DNA from: Christensenellales bacterium
GTDB lineage: Bacteria > Bacillota > Clostridia > Christensenellales > UBA1242
Assembly (NCBI GenBank): GCA_050943075.1
Contig: JBMNOM010000007.1
Coordinates: forward strand, 1-24,000
Length of the DNA: 24,000 nucleotides
Direction: 5' to 3'
Positions 1-7,475 of the stretch are shown here, piece after piece (the stretch's first letter is position 1; the number at the start of each line of letters is the position of its first letter). Made by a program: the position numbers and the translations under genes. The notes beneath the pieces are model-generated. The model saw nothing but the letters and a program-made list of their open reading frames with translations, had not been told where the DNA came from and did not search any database.

Positions 1-148
1 CAACACAAATTGTTTTTACTGTTGTGTTAATGTCTTTTTTTTTATTTTTACATATGTTTTTTTTGTTTTTAATCAATTTCAATTTATTTGTTTTTATTAT
101 AAGTATATATTAATTAAAAAAGCGCAAACTAATTTCAAGGAGGGAACT

Positions 149-310
149 ATGAAAGACGGAATGTTAATGGGTTTACTTGTTGGGCTTGGAATTGGAGCTC
201 TTTTATTCAAGCATTCGCCAGTGGCAAAAGAAATTGTCAATAAAGCAGAAGAGGCTGTAAAAGAGGAAATTAACAATTGTGCAAAAGAAGTTGTTAATAA
301 AACAAAATAG
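149..310 (+). CDS. small YtxH-like membrane-anchored protein (53 aa), below the ORF-track size cutoff
   Basis: ATG at 149 is preceded by AAGGAGGG (137-144). Translation: MKDGMLMGLLVGLGIGALLFKHSPVAKEIVNKAEEAVKEEINNCAKEVVNKTK, stop TAG 308-310. It has a Gly-rich N-terminal hydrophobic helix and a charged helical tail, as in YtxH-family proteins. The overlapping minus-strand track ORF 97..330 has no SD and is low complexity. Confidence 0.55.
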   Translation: MKDGMLMGLLVGLGIGALLFKHSPVAKEIVNKAEEAVKEEINNCAKEVVNKTK

Positions 311-364
311 TGTGTTTTTCTTGCAAGCAAGATTTTAAATTATTATTTAAAAGCCTTATAACAT

Positions 365-394
365 TTGACAATTTATCACTGCTTAATTTATAAT
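365..394 (+). promoter_or_regulatory. sigma-A type promoter for ruvX operon
   Basis: TTGACA (365-370), 18-nt spacer, TATAAT (389-394). Both hexamers are perfect consensus, about 27 nt upstream of the ruvX start region. Confidence 0.5.
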
Positions 395-420
395 GAGATT
401 GTAAGTTAGAGGAAAGAGTT

Positions 421-840
421 TTGCAATATTTTAGAAAAATGGGAATAGATTTTGGCAAAGTGCGTATTGGCATTGCTTTAACTGATCCGCTTGGAATCAT
501 TGCAAGCCCTTTTGAAACTTATCAGCGAGTTTCATTTTCTGACGACATTAACTATCTTGCAAAATTAATCAAACTTCAAAACGTTGACACTGTGATTTTC
601 GGTTTGCCTTTGCAAATGGATGGGCAAGAAGGGGATATGGCAAAAGCCACACGAGAATTTGCAGGCGAACTTGAAAAAGTTGCGTCGGTTAAAATTGTTT
701 TTGAAGACGAACGCCTAAGTTCTGTGACAGCGGAAGAAATTTTGATTGAAGCAGGAGTTAAAAGAGAGAAAAGAAAGTTGCTGATTGATAAGATTGCTGC
801 GCAGGTTATTTTGCAGCAATACATAGAAAGGAGAAGATAA
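421..840 (+). CDS. ruvX: Holliday junction resolvase-like / pre-16S rRNA nuclease RuvX (YqgF family)
   Basis: The translation has YqgF hallmarks: GIDFGKVRIGIALTD near the N-terminus and GLPLQMDGQEG. TTG at 421 has GAGG 7 nt upstream. ATG at 439 (MGIDFG...) is an equally plausible start. Confidence 0.9.
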   Translation: MQYFRKMGIDFGKVRIGIALTDPLGIIASPFETYQRVSFSDDINYLAKLIKLQNVDTVIFGLPLQMDGQEGDMAKATREFAGELEKVASVKIVFEDERLSSVTAEEILIEAGVKREKRKLLIDKIAAQVILQQYIERRR

Positions 841-1209
841 ATGAAAGAACACGATCACCACAACCACGATCACCACGATCACGACCACTCACATGAAGAA
901 ATGTCAATTTTGGATATTTTGCTTGATGAAGAAAACGCAGAACCAATTGTTTTATACGATGAAAACGACAAAGCAGTGAAGTTTGACCAAGTTGCAATTA
1001 TTCCACTTGAAGATAACCTTTATGTTATTTTAAAGCCACTTGAACCAATGGCAAACGTTGCTGACGATGAAGCAATTGTTTTCACAGTGCTTGAAGATGA
1101 AGATGGAGTTAGTTCTTTGGAAGTTGAAACTGACGAAGAAATTGCAATTAGAGTTTTTGAAGAATACTATAAATTGCTTGACGCTGAAGAAGAAAAGAGC
1201 AAAAAATAA
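841..1209 (+). CDS. DUF1292 (YrzB/UPF0473-like) acidic protein with His-rich N-terminus
   Basis: ATG abuts the ruvX stop, as in the B. subtilis yrrK-yrzB pair. The acidic core (VLYDENDKAVKFDQVAIIPLEDNLYVILKPLEP...DEAIVF) resembles DUF1292. The N-terminus is MKEHDHHNHDHHDHDHSHEE. Confidence 0.75.
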   Translation: MKEHDHHNHDHHDHDHSHEEMSILDILLDEENAEPIVLYDENDKAVKFDQVAIIPLEDNLYVILKPLEPMANVADDEAIVFTVLEDEDGVSSLEVETDEEIAIRVFEEYYKLLDAEEEKSKK

Positions 1210-1232
1210 GCTTAAAAAACAAACAAATCATA

Positions 1233-1258
1233 AAAGTGCGCAATCCGCACTTTTTTTG
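1233..1258 (+). terminator. intrinsic terminator after DUF1292 gene
   Basis: Stem AGTGCG (1235-1240) / CGCACT (1246-1251), loop CAATC, followed by a T7 run. Confidence 0.7.
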
Positions 1259-1348
1259 TTGCAATTTTGTTTTATGTTGTATAATTTCAAAGCAAAATAC
1301 TCATAATAGTTTTGCAAGGTTAAATATGCCTTGAAGGAGGTGAAAACT

Positions 1349-1498
1349 ATGTTTGGTAAAAACAAAAAAACACAAAGAAGTGCAACTTCAACAAGAACAA
1401 CAAGAAGAAGCACTGAAGCTGGTTCAGAAATGGGTTCAACATCTGAAACAAGGAGAAGTAATTCAGGTTCAAGAACAAGCAGATCTTCAAACAAATAG
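1349..1498 (+). CDS. hypothetical small basic Ser/Thr/Arg-rich protein (49 aa)
   Basis: ATG at 1349 lies 6-7 nt after GAAGGAGGTG (1333-1342). Translation: MFGKNKKTQRSATSTRTTRRSTEAGSEMGSTSETRRSNSGSRTSRSSNK, stop TAG 1496-1498, with a strong terminator 15 nt later. The track lists a different frame (1353..1586, TTG start) that runs through that terminator. Confidence 0.45.
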   Translation: MFGKNKKTQRSATSTRTTRRSTEAGSEMGSTSETRRSNSGSRTSRSSNK

Positions 1499-1511
1499 TT
1501 TTTGCAAAGAT

Positions 1512-1539
1512 AAAAAAGCCATACTTAATGGCTTTTTTA
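1512..1539 (+). terminator. intrinsic terminator
   Basis: Stem AAGCCAT (1516-1522) / ATGGCTT (1528-1534), 5-nt loop, A-run before and T-run after. Confidence 0.75.
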
Positions 1540-1541
1540 TT

Positions 1542-1573
1542 TTGATTGTTATAAATTTTGATTGTTATAAATT
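1542..1573. repeat. perfect tandem duplication of a 16-nt unit
   Basis: TTGATTGTTATAAATT occurs at 1542-1557 and again at 1558-1573, in the convergent intergenic region. Confidence 0.9.
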
Positions 1574-1734
1574 TTCATTTTGTTAATTTAAACGTTATTT
1601 TTTCATTTTTAATTTAGATGTTAATAAAGTTTTCTTGCTTTGTGTTTTTTTTTTAACTTTGTTATTTTTGCATTTAATTATGATAATACAACAACATATT
1701 GTGTGTTATATAAGCATATAGTCAACATTTAGTG

Positions 1735-2760
1735 TTATGCAAATTCTGCCATAACTAAATGTGCATAGGAATTTTCAACAACTCTGTCAAAGTCAATTTT
1801 GCCTTCAAGCATTCCTGCGTTAATTAAAACTTCTTGCAATTTGTCAAAAGCTGCTGTTCTCATAACAGGAGTGTCAACCCAAGCGTCAATGCCAATATAT
1901 GTTTCAAGTGAAGCTTTAATTGTTGGTTTGTCGGTTGTTGCAAAGTGTTCTTTATGCAAGGAATCAACAACTTTGTCAATATCTTCTTCAATTATGAATC
2001 TGTAGCCTTTAACCAAAGCACGAATGAAACCTTTAATTTTTTCTGGATTTCTTTGCATAAAACTTTGTTTTGCAACAAACGCAGTGTATGGAATTTCTCC
2101 ACTTTCTGCGCCAATGCTTGCAACTCGGTGTCCTTTACCCTCTGCAATTAATGAACTTGCAACAGGCTCAAACAATGTGCAATATTCTGCATCTGTGCTT
2201 GAAAACACGCTGCCAATTAAGTTAAACGCAACATCTGTGTTAAGGTCAACTTGGTTTGGCCCTGTTCCAATTTCAAGCCCCGCCATTTGTTCAATTATAT
2301 ATTGCAATGTCATTGCTGGCATTCCACCTGCACGGCCACCAATAATTGTTTTGCCAATTGTGTCTTCCCATTTAAAATTTGGTTGTGGTGTTTTTGCAAT
2401 TAAAATTTGTCCATCCCTTTTTGTTAACTGTGCAAAAATTTTTGGCTGGTCATTTGTTTCGCCAAGAGCAGTGTATATAGTTGTTTCCGGACCAACAAGT
2501 GCAATATCAGCTTCGCCACTTAAAATTGCGCCCATTGAAACGTCACTGCCACCGCCATTTCGCAAGTCGATTTTAATGTTTTCTTCTTCAAAAAAACCTT
2601 CGCTGATTGCAACATAGAACGGAGCATAAAAAATGCTGTGGGTCACTTCATTAACCACAAGCACATCTTTGTTTTTTCTTGTTGTTAGAGCAATAACAAG
2701 CACTGAACTTGCAATAAAAACCAATATTACTGAAAGTATTATAGCTAGTTTTTTATTCAT
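1735..2760 (-). CDS. ABC-transporter solute-binding protein, NMT1/THI5-SsuA/TauA-like family, with N-terminal signal anchor
   Basis: 341-aa ORF with AAGGAG SD upstream. It has an N-terminal hydrophobic segment (LAIILSVILVFIASSVLVIAL), then HSIFYAPFYVAISEGFFEEENIKIDL...GGGSDVSMGAILSGEADIALVG, typical of the nitrate/sulfonate/taurine/HMP-binding fold. Confidence 0.8.
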   Translation of the reverse strand: MNKKLAIILSVILVFIASSVLVIALTTRKNKDVLVVNEVTHSIFYAPFYVAISEGFFEEENIKIDLRNGGGSDVSMGAILSGEADIALVGPETTIYTALGETNDQPKIFAQLTKRDGQILIAKTPQPNFKWEDTIGKTIIGGRAGGMPAMTLQYIIEQMAGLEIGTGPNQVDLNTDVAFNLIGSVFSSTDAEYCTLFEPVASSLIAEGKGHRVASIGAESGEIPYTAFVAKQSFMQRNPEKIKGFIRALVKGYRFIIEEDIDKVVDSLHKEHFATTDKPTIKASLETYIGIDAWVDTPVMRTAAFDKLQEVLINAGMLEGKIDFDRVVENSYAHLVMAEFA

Positions 2761-2917
2761 TTTTTCTCCTTTATAGTGTGATATAACATTTTATTTTTTT
2801 TGCAAAAATTTTGTGACAACATTAAACCTGATTTTTTGTTTTAAATTAAAAATAAATAAACACTTGAAATTAGTGTTTAAGTTTGCTATACTTATAGTAT
2901 TCATTAAGGAGAAACAA

Positions 2918-3154
2918 ATGAGATTTCTTTTGGAAAACACAATTTTTGATTTGCTTTCACAAGAAGGTGTGGTGATTGGAATGGTTCTTGCCGCAATTGG
3001 TTTTGCTGCAAGTTTAATGGCAAAAAGAATTACAAGAGTTGTTAGAGGAACAGCAAAGATTGCTCCAACAGACCCTGTTTTGCTTTTCACAAAAGGTTTT
3101 GGCCTTGTGTGCATTTTGGTGGCTTTGCTTGTGATGATTATGTCGCTTAATTAA
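2918..3154 (+). CDS. hypothetical small membrane protein (78 aa, two hydrophobic helices)
   Basis: ATG at 2918 lies 5 nt after AAGGAG (2907-2912). Translation: MRFLLENTIFDLLSQEGVVIGMVLAAIGFAASLMAKR...GFGLVCILVALLVMIMSLN. A strong terminator follows. The track ORF start at 2813 lacks an SD. Confidence 0.5.
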   Translation: MRFLLENTIFDLLSQEGVVIGMVLAAIGFAASLMAKRITRVVRGTAKIAPTDPVLLFTKGFGLVCILVALLVMIMSLN

Positions 3155-3168
3155 CTTATAATAAAATA

Positions 3169-3199
3169 AAACGCTTTGATTATTCAAAGCGTTTTTTTG
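3169..3199. terminator. bidirectional intrinsic terminator (A-run / hairpin / T-run)
   Basis: Stem AAACGCTTTGA / TCAAAGCGTTT with loop TTAT, flanked by AATAAAATAAA on the left and TTTTTT on the right. It sits between the convergent 2918..3154 (+) and rnhA (-). Confidence 0.7.
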
Positions 3200-3297
3200 T
3201 TGCAAAATTTAATTAACAAGTTAGTTAATTTTTAACATTTATAACAAGCTGGCAAGTGTTTCAAATTTGTTTGCGTTTTTATCAATTAAAATTATTT

Positions 3298-3744
3298 TTA
3301 TTGTTTTGTTTGAAGCTTAACAATTTCCCCACGAGCAAGTTCGTCACATCTGTTGTTAAATGCATTGTCGCTGTGGCCTTTAACTTTGATGAAATTAACT
3401 TTGTGAACAGTGCAAAGTGAAATTAATTCTTGCCAAAGAGGAATGTTTTTAACTTCTTTTTTGCCACTTGTTTTCCAGCCAGCAAGTTGCCAAGCTGTTA
3501 TCCAGTCGTTTAAAAAAGCATTAACAACATAGGCAGAGTCGCTGTATAGATTAACTTTGCAAGGTTCTTTAAGCATTTTCAAGCTTTCAATCACTGCTTT
3601 AAGTTCCATTTTGTTGTTTGTGGTTTCTTTTTCTCCGCCACTAATTTCTTTTTTAATTCCATTATAAATCAAAATGGCCGCCCAGCCGCCATCTCCTGGG
3701 TTGTTTGAGCAAGCGCCATCTGTGTAAATTTCAACTGTTTTCAT
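3298..3744 (-). CDS. rnhA: ribonuclease HI
   Basis: 148 aa with classic RNase HI motifs: YTDGACSNNPGDGGWAAIL, NNKMELKAVIESL, LYSDSAYV, VKGHSDNAFNNRCDELA. Confidence 0.92.
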   Translation of the reverse strand: MKTVEIYTDGACSNNPGDGGWAAILIYNGIKKEISGGEKETTNNKMELKAVIESLKMLKEPCKVNLYSDSAYVVNAFLNDWITAWQLAGWKTSGKKEVKNIPLWQELISLCTVHKVNFIKVKGHSDNAFNNRCDELARGEIVKLQTKQ

Positions 3745-3892
3745 AATTTTCCTTTAAAATAAATTGTGAGATGAGTTTTATTTTGCTTTTTAGTAATGTT
3801 TTAAATATTCTTTAATAATGTTTTTTATTTTTTTTAAAAGCATTTTGGGTTTTGTTTGAAATAAGTATAGCAAATTTTTTGTTTTTATCAAA

Positions 3893-3930
3893 CATAAAAA
3901 AATAACAACGCAAATTGTTATTTTTTTTAA
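3893..3930 (-). terminator. intrinsic terminator downstream of the kinase-like gene
   Basis: Stem AATAACAA (3901-3908) / TTGTTATT (3915-3922), flanked by an A-run and a T-run, so it can work on either strand. It lies immediately 3' of the minus-strand gene ending at 3940. Confidence 0.55.
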
Positions 3931-3939
3931 TTTTAAATT

Positions 3940-4881
3940 TTAATGTTGATTTTTTAAACTTTTGATAACTCCGCTCAAAAATTCTTGCAACAAGGAGTCA
4001 TCTGGCAAAAGTGAAACATCCATTGGCTCAAAGTGATGCAAGTCTTCTGAAATCTCCATTGCTTCTTTGCTGCCATCAAGCAAAGCAGGCAAGTATTTTC
4101 TATACATCATTGGTTCGTATGGGTGAGAAGAGTCCAAAATAAAATCTGCATTTTCTTTATATGGGAAAATATATTTCTTTTCGCCAGCAACAACGTTTTT
4201 CCAGTTAAGCAAAGTTTCATGTGGTTTAATTCCACGAGTGTAGAAATCTCTAATCATTCTTCTAATTCTTCTTAACTCTCTAACGTGAACAATTTTCTCA
4301 TCGCCTTCGTAGTATTCCACATTTGGGTTAACAAAAACTTTGTAAATTTGGTCTTCATGTTTTTGGTCCATAATAATTGGGTTAAGAGCATGAATGCCTT
4401 CAATAATTAAAATGCTGTTTTTGTTAAGTTTGATGTCTGTAAACTCTTTTTTGCGAGTTCCTGTGTAAAAATCAAAATCAGGCATTTTTGCAACCTTGTC
4501 GCTTAAAATGTCGTTTATAAAGTTTTTAAAATAAGGAATGTCAACAGTGTTAACATTTTCAAAATCATAAGTGCCGTCTTCAAACATTGGTGTCACATCT
4601 CTGTTAATGAAAAAATTATCCATGGAAATAACTTCGGCTTCTTTTCCATTTAAAATAAGTTCTTTTTTAATTAAATTTGCACTTGTGGTTTTTCCTGCAG
4701 AGGATGGGCCAGCAAGCAAAACAATTTTAACTGTTTGTCTTTCAATGATGTCTTTGGCAATGAAAGCAACTTGTTTTTTATACGCATTTTCGCTGTTTGA
4801 AATAAAGTTTTCTGGCGCTGTTGTGCCAAGCAAATTAACATCTTTAATTTCAATTTTTTCTCTTAATGTGGCTTTGTTCAT
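3940..4881 (-). CDS. uridine kinase-like / PRK-family P-loop nucleoside kinase
   Basis: Walker A LLAGPSSAGKTTSANLI, then ISMDNFF, DFENVNTVD, ILIIEGIHALNP, typical of the uridine kinase/phosphoribulokinase fold. I prefer ATG at 4881 (MNKATLREK, AAAGGAAG just upstream) over the track GTG at 4899. Confidence 0.8.
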   Translation of the reverse strand: MNKATLREKIEIKDVNLLGTTAPENFISNSENAYKKQVAFIAKDIIERQTVKIVLLAGPSSAGKTTSANLIKKELILNGKEAEVISMDNFFINRDVTPMFEDGTYDFENVNTVDIPYFKNFINDILSDKVAKMPDFDFYTGTRKKEFTDIKLNKNSILIIEGIHALNPIIMDQKHEDQIYKVFVNPNVEYYEGDEKIVHVRELRRIRRMIRDFYTRGIKPHETLLNWKNVVAGEKKYIFPYKENADFILDSSHPYEPMMYRKYLPALLDGSKEAMEISEDLHHFEPMDVSLLPDDSLLQEFLSGVIKSLKNQH

Positions 4882-5041
4882 ATATCTTCCTTTTAACACA
4901 AGTATAGTATATCAAACCGCGCTGTTTCCACCAAATTTTTTTTAATCTTTTTGTTTTTATATGCAAGAATATGCCTATTTTTGCGTTTGTGATATATTCA
5001 TCAAATTTTAATAGTAAAATTCATAAAAGTAAGGAGAAAAA

Positions 5042-6472
5042 ATGCTTTTAAAAACTCTTTTGAAAGACATTGCAAAAATTGATTCTGCTTTTGAAAATAT
5101 TGACGTAAAAGGCATAAGTTTTGACACAAATTCAATTAAAAAAGGTGACCTATTTTTTTGTTTGAAAGGCAAAAACACTGATGGGCACGAATTTTTGCAA
5201 GAAGCCAAAAACAAAGGCGCTTGCGCTGCTGTGGTTGAAAAGAAGAATAATAAGATTGATATTCCACAAATTGCGGTGGAATGCACGCGTAAAACACTAT
5301 GTCTTGTGTGTTCTGCGTTTTATGGCAGCCCTGAAAAAGCGTTAAAACTAATTGGTGTGACAGGCACAAATGGCAAAACAACAACAACGCAAATTTTGAA
5401 AAACATATTTATTTCCGCTGGTAAAAAAGTTGGAGTGATTGGAACACTTGGCTATTACATAAACAACACGCATTTCAAAACCAATTTAACCACGCCAGAC
5501 CCAACAACGCTTTATGAAATTTTATCTCACTTTAAAAAAGAAAGTGTGGAATTTGTTTTTATGGAAATTTCTGCTCATGCAATTTTTTTGCACAAACTTT
5601 ATGGGCTTAAATTTGAAGTGGGGGTTTTAACAAATATAACACAAGACCATTTGGACTTTTTTGAAAATATGGAACTCTATTCAAAAACTAAATTAAACTT
5701 TTTAAAATCAAGCAGTGTTAAAACACTTGTTGTTAACGCTGATGATGAAAGTTATGAGCATTTTTTTGAAACAGATCATTTCAGTTATGCCATTAAAAAC
5801 CCAGCCGACAGTTTTGCGCTTGACATTGTTTTATCTTTGGGGGAATCAAACTATGCTTTAAACATTTTGGATAACGTGTTTTTGGTAAGCACGCGTTTAA
5901 GTGGAGAGTTTAATGTTTATAATGCGCTTGCTGCTTGCACTGTTGCATTATTAATGGGAATTGATGTTGGCACTGTTAAATATGCGCTTGAAACAATGGA
6001 AGACATTAATGGCAGGTTTAATGTTATTTCCAGCAAAAAAGGCAAAATTGTTGTGGACTTTGCCCACACCCCAGATGGACTTGAAAAAATTTTGATTGCG
6101 GTTAGAAAAGCCTCAAACTTAAAAAAAATTATTTGTGTTTTTGGTTGCAATGGCAATCGTGACAGATTAAAACGCCCAATTATGGGAAGAATTGCTGAAA
6201 GGCTTGCAGATGAAATTATTTTGACAAGTGACAATCCGCGTTTTGAAAATGCAGATTTAATTATTGACGACATTTTGCAAGGTGTGGAGGACAAAACAAA
6301 ATTCATGTGTGAGCCAGACAGAAAAAAAGCCATTGGACTTGGCGTTGAAATGCTTGACGATCAGTCTGTTTTGCTTATTTGTGGCAAAGGTGGGGAAAAA
6401 TATCAAGACATAAATGGCGTTAATGTGCCTTATGATGATTTTGAAGTTGTTAAGTCTTTTATTGAAAATTAA
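5042..6472 (+). CDS. murE: UDP-MurNAc-L-Ala-D-Glu:meso-diaminopimelate ligase
   Basis: 476 aa with AAGGAG SD. Mur ligase motifs GVTGTNGKTTT and TSDNPR; the DNPR motif is associated with DAP-adding MurE enzymes. Confidence 0.93.
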   Translation: MLLKTLLKDIAKIDSAFENIDVKGISFDTNSIKKGDLFFCLKGKNTDGHEFLQEAKNKGACAAVVEKKNNKIDIPQIAVECTRKTLCLVCSAFYGSPEKALKLIGVTGTNGKTTTTQILKNIFISAGKKVGVIGTLGYYINNTHFKTNLTTPDPTTLYEILSHFKKESVEFVFMEISAHAIFLHKLYGLKFEVGVLTNITQDHLDFFENMELYSKTKLNFLKSSSVKTLVVNADDESYEHFFETDHFSYAIKNPADSFALDIVLSLGESNYALNILDNVFLVSTRLSGEFNVYNALAACTVALLMGIDVGTVKYALETMEDINGRFNVISSKKGKIVVDFAHTPDGLEKILIAVRKASNLKKIICVFGCNGNRDRLKRPIMGRIAERLADEIILTSDNPRFENADLIIDDILQGVEDKTKFMCEPDRKKAIGLGVEMLDDQSVLLICGKGGEKYQDINGVNVPYDDFEVVKSFIEN

Positions 6473-6481
6473 AGGAGTGAA

Positions 6482-7468
6482 ATGAAACTTTTTTTAACAG
6501 CATTTTTGCTTGGTTTTTTTGCAAGCATGGTTATTGCACCTTTGGTTTTTTACCTTGCAAGAAAACTTAAAGCACAGCAAAAAATTTTGCATTATGTGAA
6601 AGAGCATTCCGGCAAAGAGGGAACACCAACATTTGGTGGGCTGATTTTTATTTTTGGGCTGTTAATTGCCTCACTGTTTTTGTTTTATAAAGACACCACA
6701 ATGGTTTTTGTCACATTGGGCAGCACGTTGTCGTTTGGGCTTTTGGGCTTTTTGGATGATTTTATTAAAGTTAAATTCAAACAAAATTTGGGGCTGAAAG
6801 CATATCAAAAACTCATTGGACAAATTGGCATAAGCATTATTCTTGGCTTTTTTGTTTACAACTACATTGGAACAGAGCTTTACATTCCATTCACATTAAA
6901 ACTTGTTGATTTTGGCGCGTGGATTATTCCTTTAACTGTTTTTGTATTTCTTGCGCTTGTGAACAGCGTTAACTTAATTGATGGGCTTGATGGCTTAAGT
7001 TCAAGCACTTCGCTTTTTTATTTGCTTGGAATAACTGCGTTTGTGTTAATTTTTAAAAATGATATGGCGCTTTCAACTGTGCAGGCGGCAGAAATTGGAA
7101 ATTTGACAATGCTTAATTTTGTGCTTATGGGCGCGCTTTGTTTTTATCTTTGTGTTAATGTTTTTCCTGCAAAAATTTTTATGGGTGACACAGGCTCACT
7201 TGCATTGGGTGGTTTTTTAACCGCGATTAGTGTGTTTTACAAACTCACGCTTTTAATTCCAATTTTGGGGCTTATGTTTGTGTTAACCGCGCTTTCCGAC
7301 ATAATTCAAGTTGGGGTTTATAAACTTAAAAAGAAAAGGGTTTTTAAAATGGCACCGCTTCATCATCACTTTCAAATGAGCGGAATTCATGAAAACAAAA
7401 TTGTTTTGTATTACAGCTTAATAACATTATTTTTATCCATTGTGAATATACTTTTAACAGGTATGTAG
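6482..7468 (+). CDS. mraY: phospho-N-acetylmuramoyl-pentapeptide transferase
   Basis: 328-aa polytopic protein with NLIDGLDGL, MGDTGSLALGG and APLHHHF motifs. AAGGAG SD. Confidence 0.95.
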   Translation: MKLFLTAFLLGFFASMVIAPLVFYLARKLKAQQKILHYVKEHSGKEGTPTFGGLIFIFGLLIASLFLFYKDTTMVFVTLGSTLSFGLLGFLDDFIKVKFKQNLGLKAYQKLIGQIGISIILGFFVYNYIGTELYIPFTLKLVDFGAWIIPLTVFVFLALVNSVNLIDGLDGLSSSTSLFYLLGITAFVLIFKNDMALSTVQAAEIGNLTMLNFVLMGALCFYLCVNVFPAKIFMGDTGSLALGGFLTAISVFYKLTLLIPILGLMFVLTALSDIIQVGVYKLKKKRVFKMAPLHHHFQMSGIHENKIVLYYSLITLFLSIVNILLTGM

Positions 7469-7475
7469 GTGGGTA

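Noticed and set aside
1353-1586. 77-aa track ORF (TTG start)
   Set aside because: The neighbouring frame starting at ATG 1349 has a near-perfect SD and stops just before the 1512-1539 terminator. This frame reads through that terminator.
2024-2617. 197-aa + strand ORF inside the solute-binding protein gene, plus similar antisense ORFs (e.g. 5917..6333 -, 9534..9917 -, 17118..17441 -, 20163..20591 -, 15403..15786 -)
   Set aside because: All lie antisense to genes with strong family motifs, lack SD sequences and encode Ser/Leu/Ile-rich low-complexity products typical of antisense frames in AT-rich DNA.
2761-2917. TPP or other riboswitch upstream of the NMT1/THI5-like gene
   Set aside because: The leader is short and almost pure A/T. 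I could not find a CTGAGA/ACCCT-type TPP core. Only a 7-bp inverted repeat (AAACACT/AGTGTTT, 2858-2878) is present.
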